Positions 10,701 through 28,633 of a stretch of 36,573 bases of DNA are shown in pieces. Made by a program: the position numbers and the translations under genes. The stretch lies in assembly GCA_043228905.1 (NCBI GenBank), contig JBHGNT010000306.1, positions 1 to 36,573 of the forward strand, written 5' to 3'. Every line of letters starts with the position of its first letter. The first letter of the stretch is position 1. The stretch comes from Azolla caroliniana (lineage: Eukaryota > Plantae > Polypodiophyta). A model generated the notes under the pieces. It was not told the DNA's origin. It made no database searches and worked only from the letters and a program-made list of their open reading frames with translations.

Positions 10701-12898
10701 TCGTGCGACTATCAAACCCGTTCCCAGCTTGTATGTCAGTACCATTCCTAATTTTGCTATGGTCAATATAGCGAGTCCTTCAGCTCCTCGAAGAATAGTT
10801 TCTGGTATTGATTGCTCTGGTTTCAGCTTGCCAACCTGCAAAATTCACAAATCTAAATCATATATTCTTCATTTCTTAAGTTTGTTCAGGGGATAGTGCT
10901 GATATGATCAAAAAGTGGAGATATATTTTTAAATTGCATCTAATCAATCACATATAGAAATTTTCTTGCCATCACCACCTAACCATCTGTCACTTGTCAA
11001 GCCTAGAATAATTTTTGGTACCTTTTTCAAAGTGGTGTCCGATTGTGAAATGGGCACAGTTTAACAAAATCTTGAACAAAGCACATTCTCTCTCCCCATA
11101 TATTTTAAGGTAATCAACCATTTCACTTTTCCAGTTGTAATACATACCTTTGAAAAAGTTTTCACAATGTTAGTAGCTTTGTAGATTTCGTCTTGCATGC
11201 ACGAACCAAGAGGATTATTCAACCAAGCCCTCACGCAGGTGATATCCATCACATCATGAATCGCAATCTGCACCGCATTGCTGACTGAATCAATGAGAAC
11301 CTGTTGTACAGGCTCCAGTCTTTCGTAACATCCATCACAAACCCTCTGTGGATCCTTCTCCATGAATTTAGCAGGCATTAAGCATTTACCCTTTGAACAC
11401 GCATTACAAAATATTCCACCACAGAATCGGCAATGATGCCGTGCCCGTCTCAATGGTTGAAATTTTGAATTGCACTGCATACAGTTGTCACACGCACTAT
11501 CTGGAATCCATTGTGGTGGTTCCGAGTCAAGAATTGCCCTCAATGCACTTGCATCTTCTCCATTACCAGTGAGAAGTGGGGGGGCACTAGGAAAATGCAT
11601 GCTAGTCCATAAATCTTCACCACCATCTTCTACTTCTTCCAGATTGTTAGAGGACTCTCTTACTGAATGTCCAACCTGAAGATTTGGCGGTTCTAAGAAT
11701 GACCTTGTCTTTCTAGATAAAACTGCCAACGTTCCCCTCAATACATTCCGTAGATTTACCTCAGGTATCCCTGATGAGTCACCATGGCTTCCAGCCTGTA
11801 AACTTTTGTTAACCCTATCGGTAGCCTCATTGGCAGCACCTTTCAGCATCGGCTCTGACAAAATAACATTTCCTGATATGGAAGTAGGTCGCTTGCTACC
11901 AACTATTAGATTTGGATAGTGTATATATTCATCATATGAATGGGCATGTTGATTGTACCCATCTTCTTGGTTGTAAATGACACCTTCGTTGGACCTTATG
12001 TGGCTCGAAGCTGCTACTTGAAGTGCTTCTAACATCTCTTTGAAATCCAAGTTCAAACCTAGATTCAACTCGGCATCGAATGGAGTTCGGCAGAGGGGAC
12101 ATAAAGGAACAGCATTGTGTGATTGTACCTGCACAAATCAAGTCCTCTTATAGGGAGACATACATGCATGTATGATGCATCAGCTTCTGGTTCCATATGT
12201 CATCAAAGTTCAATTCATTTTACATAGTAGGTTGTGTCTGGTGCATGTATGCATGTGAGCACGAACTTTCCATCATATATGGATTCTTGATTCATGCATA
12301 ACATATGAATGCATCATAAACACCGATACAGACACACTTTCATGCATATGCCTGGGATAATATTAATTCAGAAGAACAAAATCAGCACGCATCCACCTAG
12401 TATGGTGTGTCTCTGTGTGATTGAAAGGCAGTATAAAAATTATGCATATCAAAATCATCAAAACCATATACATATAGCCAAATCGTCAAACACACGTATA
12501 TAATCAGATCATCAAAAGTATGCATATATGTATATGTCGCCAAATCATCAAAACCATATACAACACCGAATCATCAAAACCATATACAACACCAAACCAT
12601 CAAAACCATACACAATAGTAAATCGTCAGACGAATTGAGTAAAATGAGGGGGGCAACTATTTCCTACCTGTTGGAGGCACTGCAAACATCCATTGTGACC
12701 ACATGGAAGTGAGGAAGGTCCGCCATAGCTACCAAGCTTTTCCATACAGACAGCGCATGTTGGCAAATCAGGGCCTTCTATGGTATGGGTCGTCGCAGAG
12801 AACGCGGGAATCGTGGGATCGGAGGCCTTCACGAGATGGGTCGTTGCAGGACGGTATGCAGAGGAATAATTCCGGGAACCACCGAATCCCCCCTGCAT
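7766..12898 (-). CDS. RING-HC + FYVE + SYLF (Ysc84) protein, CFS1/FYVE2 family, ~594 aa
   Basis: Exons 12898-12668, 12128-11148, 10835-10635, 8952-8757 and 7941-7766 join in frame (1785 nt) with GT-AG introns. RING: CAVC..PCGH.GC.QC|..CPLC. FYVE: WIPD..C..C..RHHCRFCG..C..C..RVC..C. SYLF: GLAILT..K.G..GTGL.VAR..G.WSPP, GWGLQAGGE, G.F.GVSLEG. A PSAPP motif is also present. Confidence 0.93.
9790..10460 (-). repeat. Tandem array of five tRNA-derived SINE-like heads in intron 3 of the RING-FYVE-SYLF gene
   Basis: Core CTTACCACTAGG (+) at 9859, 9981, 10099, 10257 and 10423, which reads as A-box-like CCTAGTGGTAAG on the minus strand. B-box GGTTCAATTCC (-) occurs in two copies (~10218-10228, ~10384-10394). 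Units are separated by (AAAG)n-type runs. Confidence 0.65.
12450..12630. repeat. ~26 bp minisatellite in intron 1 of the RING-FYVE-SYLF gene
   Basis: ATCATCAAAACCATATACA-like units at about 12454, 12482, 12508, 12544, 12570, 12596 and 12621. Confidence 0.8.
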
Positions 12899-13429
12899 GG
12901 CTTTCTTCTCTTTCTTTCCTTCCTTCCTTCTTTCTTCAGAAGAGATTATAATCAAAAACTCTGTTTTCTGTATAAATATATTGAATGGATAATTTCATAA
13001 GGAAGAAGGATCTCTCTCTCTCTCTCTCACTCTTATTAACCCTATAACTCTCTTATCTAATATTAACCCTATCTCATATGATATATCCAATAATAGGAAG
13101 CCCTTAGTGTCAACGTTGGCGCCAGCATGTAGAGGCTCTTCATTATGAAGAGAGACAATCCACCCACAGTCGGGGAACACTGCACATATTTCAAACTTGT
13201 TCCTTTCGTCTTCAGATGTTTCGCCCTAATGTTGTAACCGTAGGTAATGTAGGGAACCCACTCATTTGTCGCCATCACATTAGCAAGAAACTCAAAACAC
13301 TGAGATCAATCGTCCCATGGTTGAGAGGAACGTGTAGATCTCATAATTTATCTCTATTTTCTCCGATGTTTCCCACAACTTTGCAGGCTTCGATAGCAAA
13401 AGGAGCCCCTTCATGATTGCACTACATAG

Positions 13430-13675
13430 TGAACATGTGCGCCTTGCATGATCTTCAAAAGATTGTTTGTCGTACATATTATCATTGACCTTAATAAATA
13501 AACAAAATGTGCCTAAGCATTAATGCATTAAGTTGTGTACCAAGGAGCATATACATTGGCACACTACCTTGAAGACATGTGTGCCTTGCATGATATTCAA
13601 AAGTTTTATTTGTCATGCATATGATCAATTGACCTAACTAAATAAACATATTGTGCTAAGCATTGATGAATTAAC
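13430..13675. repeat. Direct duplication of ~100 bp, period ~143 bp
   Basis: ACATGTG(C/T)GCCTTGCATGAT..TCAAAAG...TTGACCT..TAAATAAACA...CTAAGCATT occurs twice. Confidence 0.85.
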
Positions 13676-15243
13676 CTTTATAAACCATCTAAGAAATGGA
13701 AGGATTGCAATAGAGAGAAATAAATTAAATAGACTATACATCAAGAATAACTAAAATGTTTAATGGAGGACAATCAAGATAGTAGTCCCTTCCTATAAAG
13801 ATAAAGCAAAAAAAGAAAATGTTTAGTTTACGTAATCTATGGCTTCAAGGATGTATGAATCATACAAGAATTTAAATGTTTGTTTGTTGTAGTATGATAT
13901 TTCAATTTTGTAATTGATCAAATTTATGCCATATAAACTAGGTATTCCTCTATTAGATTCTTCCATAATGGTTTAAATACTCACAAACATTTGAGGTTTC
14001 ACTCATATGTTAATATACACATCTAATACTTGGTGGTTACATATTGTCGACATAGTCATACACTCCGTCATGGGCAAATTAATTTAGTGGTGCTAACTTT
14101 TTGAAACATTAACTTGTGATGGAATGATTTAGTTAAGATATGGGAAGTTATCAAATATTTCACTCGTTTTAGGTATAGTAAAAAAGCATTCTTCCCAATA
14201 TTCAAGGAAGTGCCACCACATCCTAGATAAGTGCTTAATATTATTGGATTGTGTTTATTATTTATAACAAATAGAAACTATAACTGAAAAGATAAACCAC
14301 TTCACATCTTTGTAAGTTGTAACCAAGGATTGCAATTGATGAAATTGTAACGTGAACTTTAGATATAAACCATAGTATGAGGGTTATTTGGTTGGTTAGT
14401 CAATAGCAAAACATGTATTTTAATTACCATGTCCAAGATCGGATCAATTGCTTCACAAACTAATCTCACTTGTCAGAATTTTGGAGTGCCCTTCCTAGAT
14501 TGTTAATTAGTTTTAGCAACATGACTAGAATATGACATACAATAACTAGGTTAAATAATCTGATGCTTTAATGTTCAATTGACCATCGTCTAAGCATAAA
14601 AAATGATTATGATCACATTAAAATATCAATTGCAATTGACAAATGTCTAAGCACCAATGGATTATTATCAGATTTAAAAGAGCACATTTAAAAGAGTATA
14701 ATATATTTCATGAAATATGAGGACTAAGATTTTGTCTCACTTGAATAATTAAGTTGACGCTATGAGAATAATTACTAATATGTTTTGTTTGAATTAGGAA
14801 AATGGAGTGATGATCAAGTGGTTGGGAAACACTAAAGGACATTTTTGGGTTTGATTGGTTTAGCCATTCACATACGAGACAGATTGGGCACTTAGCTAAA
14901 CTCTCGCCATGCAACTATGTTCCACCACTGTGATTTGTTATATATGTGTAACAGCCCAAGCACTATAGGTATGCAGATAACATTCTGATACTCAATTGGA
15001 ACCAGAGGATTGCTAGCATCATGTAAATTATCTTAGCTATGATTTTCCATACATCCAAATTACTTGCTACATTAATATGCGACTACACAAAAAAAATCCC
15101 CAAAGCTACAAACCCTCTTATCATGATTGATAAATACCCATCTGCAAATAATACATGTGTTTGTTTGTACATGATTACAAGCCTGTACAAACCTGTGTGG
15201 TCATTGATAAACAATCATGGCAACAATACCATATTGCATACTA

Positions 15244-23442
<8,199 letters not shown>

Positions 23443-23559
23443 CTTTCGTCTGCATAGAATGGGAAGGTTCATTATATCACACTGTTTGAATTCATGTGAT
23501 ATGTATAGTTGAAGCTTTGGAGCTAAATATGTGTGAACAGAGAATGAATGATGCATTTC

Positions 23560-24089
23560 TTTCATTCTTCTGCCCAACAAAAAAATGGAGAATGAGTCTG
23601 TTGGGCGTCGGGATTACGATTGCTGTCTCTGGACATTCACTCTTTTGTCCGACAAAAAATTGGGGAATGGGTCCCTTGGGCGTCTGGATTACCATTCTTG
23701 TCTCTTAATCGGATGTTGGGCTTCAACACAAGTCAACGTGGAGTAGAAAAGATTAAGAAGATAAGGGAACGTGAGCTACGTCGACTCGAAGCTATGGTTG
23801 GGGTACCTCTTACATGGGGACCACGGGCCACATCCACATGGCAACCCTTTGACCCCCCGCTTCTCTTCGAGAGACTTGGATGGAAATGAAATTAGGCCTA
23901 GTATAGAATCATTCTCATTGTAGAACATGTTTTTTATATCGAACATGTTTGTTGTTTTCTTAGAACTATTTAGCTTAAACTCTATTTTATCTTATTTTTA
24001 TTTTTACTTTCGATGAATGGGTAAATATCCCATTTTTGTTGTACACCATTTGTCTCATGGGCCAATTTTGGCCTTAGAAGACGTTAATA

Positions 24090-24122
<33 letters not shown>

Positions 24123-24285
24123 CTGGACATTCATTCTTTTGTCCGACAAAAAAAATGGGGAATGGTTCCCTTGGGTGTCAAGATTACGATTACCATCTCT
24201 GCACCTCTCGACATTCATTCTTTTTTGTCCAACGAAAAAAATCGGGAATAGGTCCCTTGGCCATCGGGATTACGATTTTCGTCTC
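23560..24285. repeat. 75-84 bp minisatellite, four units as 2+2, split by a ~415 bp insert, upstream of HDA2
   Basis: TTCA(T/C)TCTT..GTCCGACAAAA..GGGAATGG.TCCCTTGG..GATTACGATT units at 23561, 23636, 24130 and 24214. Confidence 0.85.
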
Positions 24286-26289
24286 TGCGAATACTTTTGT
24301 AAGTTGTCTCTGTCGGCATCCTTCCCCATTTCGTGTCTTGCTTGGAACTAACACCACTATTGAACCCTCAACCCCTCCCTCCACACATTGTTGCTACCAT
24401 TTGTCTATTTGTTTGTCGGCTCCATGACATTTCGGCCCTTGCTACCACGTTGTTTACCCCCCCAACCCCCCGTGTTGTCTATTGGTTTTGTCCATCGACG
24501 AATGAGTTGGTTTCTCCTTTCCTACTTCCTTGTTGGTTGGTTCGAGTGCTTGGTGTGGTTGGTTCATCCTTGGGGCATATGCATGTCATCTTTTTATGAC
24601 TTTGAATCCGTCTTATCTTCCCTTGATTGTGGACTATCACTCGATTCTTCCTCAATGCTTTTGAATCATTTGCAAGGAAGAAAATGATTCAAAAGTGTTA
24701 CATGCTTTCTTCCTTGCCTTTATGTTTGGGCACCTTCATTATATGTTTTCTTTGAAGTTCGTGATCAACCCTTAGGTCTCGCTTACCACCTTGCCCATTA
24801 ATGCATGTTAAAGTCAAGCATTAGGGCAAAGAAAGCATCAATTTAAAGGTTGTTTTGAATGGTCGGTGTAAGCTAACTTAATTTATGTGAAGATAATGAT
24901 CAAAGGTGACTACTCTTAGAATTTAAGTTAAAAGGGATAAAATAATTAATATTATAGTGAAAGACATTGAACATTAATGAAACACGAGAATATGGTTATA
25001 ATGGGAGTCACTTGGTCATTTTCTACTAGAGGGTAAAAGGTTAATGCATGGAATGTTATGCCTCCTCGTTCCATGTGATGATCAATAATGAACATCATCA
25101 TCAAACCATTCTCTAGCAATGACAAAATTAGGAAAAACCAAAACATGGAGATGATGCCTCACATGCCATATGGTGGTCAAGAACAAACAAACGAGATTTG
25201 TTGGATGGATGTAGTAAAACATTTACTACCAAAGTTGAAACACAACAAGCATGCCTTCGTAGGACATAAGCAAGTTAGCAACAGAGATTTGACAATGACC
25301 AAGAATGGATGATACATGGCCATGGGAAGAGAACATTTTACGAGAATTCAAGAATGACAATCATGCATCGTAAAGTCAACAAAATGAACGAGTGACATGA
25401 AATAGAGAATGGGCATCACCAAAATAACCTTCAATAGGAGAAGATGAAGCAAAGTGTCAATGTCAGTGTGTGTGCCCATGCCACGACTGAGTGAGGAATG
25501 AGAGGTTGAGAACGAACATTGCAAGCGAACAATGATTGTTGTTTACCGGAATTCAAACACGATGAAGCACTCTCTCTAACGGGTGGTTCACGATAAATCT
25601 AGAGACCATGGCCGAATGTGCTCATGAGGTGTCAATCGCTTGTTTGTATACTTACACACGCACACACATACATACATACACACACACTCAGTGACTAACT
25701 GCTACCAAAAATTAAAGAGGGCAAGTGAGGGAATCGCGGACGCGGACGGTGCAGGTCGCTCAGCTGATGGCGCATGTGATCGCCATCGTCCAATCTGGAT
25801 AAAAAGCTGACAACGTCTGTCACCAAGAGCCCGACTCTGTCATAAGGAGCCCCGTTGTCTGACAGCCTCTGTCACTAGGAGCCCGACTCTCAAAAAACTA
25901 AAAGTAATAAGGAATAAAATAGCAATATAACAAAATAAAAATGAACAGGGCATTGCTTAGAGTTATTCTTAAGTTTTGCTAAGTTTATGGTTCAAATCTA
26001 TCTTCTTTTTTAATTCTTTCTCTTTGGTTTTTTTTCTTCTTCGATTACTTTCTTTATTAGGGTTTCAACATTTGGTTAGTCACTTTACACTTCATTTACA
26101 TTTAAGGGTCGTAATAGTGGTATTGAATTCTCGTCTTTACAAGTTACAACGTGATGAATTCTTGTCTTTTGCAATTGTAGATCTTTTACCCTATGATCCT
26201 TCTAATCTGCATCCTGCCCTTAACACTTTTGTTTAAGTAAAATTAGCTCTTACCATTTGGGCTATGTTGATTGTCACTTTAATATGCAA

Positions 26290-26581
26290 CTCACTCGTGT
26301 TCCAAGTAAAGTTAACTCTTGTAATTTGGGCTTTTTCTTGATTCTTTGACTTTATACCATGGAATACTCTACCTATGGATCATGAGCCAAAACAAGAAGA
26401 AATGACACAATGACACATGCATTTTCAAACTCACTCATTCACTCATGTTCCATGTAAAGTTAGCTTTCATAATTTGGCATTTTCTTGGTTTTTTGACTTT
26501 CTACCATGAAATACTACTACCTATGGATCATCAATCAACAGAAGACGAAATGACACAATAACACATTCACATTTTCAAACT
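26290..26581. repeat. Tandem duplication ~150 bp x 2, plus a partial upstream copy
   Basis: CACTC(G/A)TGTTCCA.GTAAAGTTA...CTACCTATGGATCAT...GAAATGACACAAT...CATTTTCAAACT occurs twice. Confidence 0.9.
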
Positions 26582-27357
26582 TGTAGGAAGCATTGGACAA
26601 TACTTGGAATTTCCAAGGTTAAATAGACATAGCAAACAACTACTAAATAGTACAAAAAACAGTGGCACCTATAACATTTCAATTCCACATGAAAGATTCC
26701 ATATTAGTGTGTAAAAATAAATTTCCATACATACATCCCTCTAGAGTATCAATATCAATATAATACTACCCAATTTTGAATATATACAAGGTATGCATAG
26801 AAAAGCTTGTGGATGGTGAATATCATTCTCACATGCTCATCGGATGCAATAAGTATGATGCCGTATTAGAGAAGCATACTCAAATCCCACCAAGAAGGAT
26901 GAACATATAAGCACATTAATTACCTTCACACCATTTTTAACTACAAAATAGCAAACCCCCTTCACAAGGGATCACATATATGATGACATGTTTAATTACT
27001 CCCATAGATCGGAATTTGCTGAATGGAAAATAAGAATAGATTCTATTCTACTCCATTCTGTCTTAACACCTAAATTCAATAGAAGTGTTTCCTTCTTTTA
27101 TACCATTACTCAACTGCAATATCTCGTGATAATAGGTCAAGTTTAGCATGTATTGAACTCATATTGTAGGACAATCCTACCCTTTTTGAGCATTGAAAAG
27201 AAAATCCTTGGTTTAACACACCCAATATCCATATAATAAATCAATGGTTATTCATATAAGAACATTGAGATATTACCATGATGGCCTTTTCAGTGCAACT
27301 ACATGTATAACATAACAAAGTTGTAATTTATGTTCGCTTCACACAGAAATATAACAA

Positions 27358-27759
27358 TGTGAAAAATAATGAGCAAAAAGAAGGTGTTTGTTGGCCGGTC
27401 AGAGAAGGCAAATGGGAAAGCAAGGTCGGATCGGATAAATATAGAAATAGGAATAGAATTATTAGGAGGGACGGATCCGGTAGTTGTAACCGATCCGGAT
27501 CCGAACCGATTCGGTTTCGGTTAACGGTTGCTTATCAAGCACCGATTGTAATCTGGCCGGATGCCTATAAAAGGATCCGATGTTTTGTAATGAAGGAGCG
27601 AAGAATTAATATAGTTTTGCTTATGCTGATTAATCTTGTCTTCGTCTGTGCTTAAGTGTAATTATCATACGCGTGTATTAACATCCTATCCCTACCACCC
27701 CTTTGGAGAAGTGTCGGATAGACACCTGTGTTGCGGCTAGTCCAGCCATACATACAACA
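27358..27759 (+). repeat. Putative 5' LTR (~400 bp; boundaries approximate)
   Basis: TG at 27358, TATAAAA at 27566 and CA at 27758-27759 shortly before the PBS. A CCGG/CCGA-rich inverted-repeat block spans 27471-27520. No second LTR is available to confirm the ends. Confidence 0.6.
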
Positions 27760-27765
27760 CTATTT

Positions 27766-27775
27766 TGGCGACCAC
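27766..27775 (+). promoter_or_regulatory. Primer binding site, tRNA-Arg type
   Basis: TGGCGACCAC is complementary to the ...GUGGUCGCCA-3' end of eukaryotic tRNA-Arg(UCG), recalled from memory. It lies between the LTR and the gag ATG. Confidence 0.7.
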
Positions 27776-27811
27776 GATTCCTGCAGAGTGCAGAGGACAA
27801 CCGGGGGATGG

Positions 27812-28633
27812 ATGTCTAGACAAAATAACGACCACATCACCGAAAGAGGGAGACGCCACGCCGAACGGCAGCGACGACGGGAAGCCCTGCAGCAAGCCGT
27901 CGACGAGATCCGGCGCGATCGGTCATTCTCAAAAACGCTTCGGCAAATCGCAGAAGACGCACTGCAGTTCCAGGTTCTACAAGCTTCCGACGAAGGCAGT
28001 AGCATAACCAGCCTCCAAGAAGCGGAGACACTACTACAGACTCTCGCTGGCGGCGACGGGGACGCAGCGGCATTTGCAACATTAGAGGCGGATTCGGATA
28101 GCGGGGAAAGCGTGGGATCCCGCTATAAAAGCAGCCACGAGAACAACCCCTTTGAGTCGGATCGCTCAGCAACATCGGAGCCAGAGGAGGAAATAACTCT
28201 GGAGTTCGGTGACCGGCAATCGCCGAGGAGGGAGGAGCGGATACCAACACCACCCGCGGAGGAACCGCAGGAGCGGTTATCAACACCACCCGCGGAGGAA
28301 CCGCAGGAGCGGATACCAACACCACCCGCGGAGGAACCGCAGGAGCGGTTATCAACACCACCCGCGGAGGAACCGCAGGAGCGGATACCAACACCACCTG
28401 CGGAGGAACCAGCGCAGGAGAATCAGTGGGACGACACGATGCCGTATCCATACCCAAAGTATCGGGATGAGCCCGACGGAGAGGCACATGTGTATGCATT
28501 CCTGCGAACATGGGAAGCCAACCACGTGTCCCAGAGACTGACGGAGCCCGAGGCCGACCGATCCAAAGTCGCCGAATTCGGCATGACATTAGAAGGACCG
28601 GCGGCCCGGTGGCACGAACGTTCGAGGCATTGA
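27812..28633 (+). CDS. gag: Gag N-terminal part, frameshifted from the rest of gag-pol near 28617
   Basis: First ATG after the PBS that opens a long frame (MSRQNN...). Capsid-type segment ..HVYAFL.TWEAN..FGMTLEGPAARWH, continuing in another frame as TFEALKTQFLRLF..Q.ENE.V..F..RF. Confidence 0.85.
   Translation: MSRQNNDHITERGRRHAERQRRREALQQAVDEIRRDRSFSKTLRQIAEDALQFQVLQASDEGSSITSLQEAETLLQTLAGGDGDAAAFATLEADSDSGESVGSRYKSSHENNPFESDRSATSEPEEEITLEFGDRQSPRREERIPTPPAEEPQERLSTPPAEEPQERIPTPPAEEPQERLSTPPAEEPQERIPTPPAEEPAQENQWDDTMPYPYPKYRDEPDGEAHVYAFLRTWEANHVSQRLTEPEADRSKVAEFGMTLEGPAARWHERSRH
28235..28414 (+). repeat. 36 bp x 5 coding tandem repeat in gag (ER[IP/LS]TPPAEEPQ)
   Basis: Units at 28235, 28271, 28307, 28343 and 28379, alternating IP/LS variants. 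Confidence 0.95.

Noticed and set aside
13069-13477. Coding-like stretch upstream of the RING-FYVE-SYLF gene
   Set aside because: Short overlapping ORFs with no family signature I can support.
23560-24285. CRISPR-like look of the palindromic repeats
   Set aside because: Eukaryotic context, no unique spacers (whole units are repeated) and no cas genes.
28510-28617. N-terminus of the 1669-aa ORF as listed in the track (MGSQPRV...)
   Set aside because: Out-of-frame overlap with gag upstream of the frameshift. The real polyprotein start is ATG 27812.
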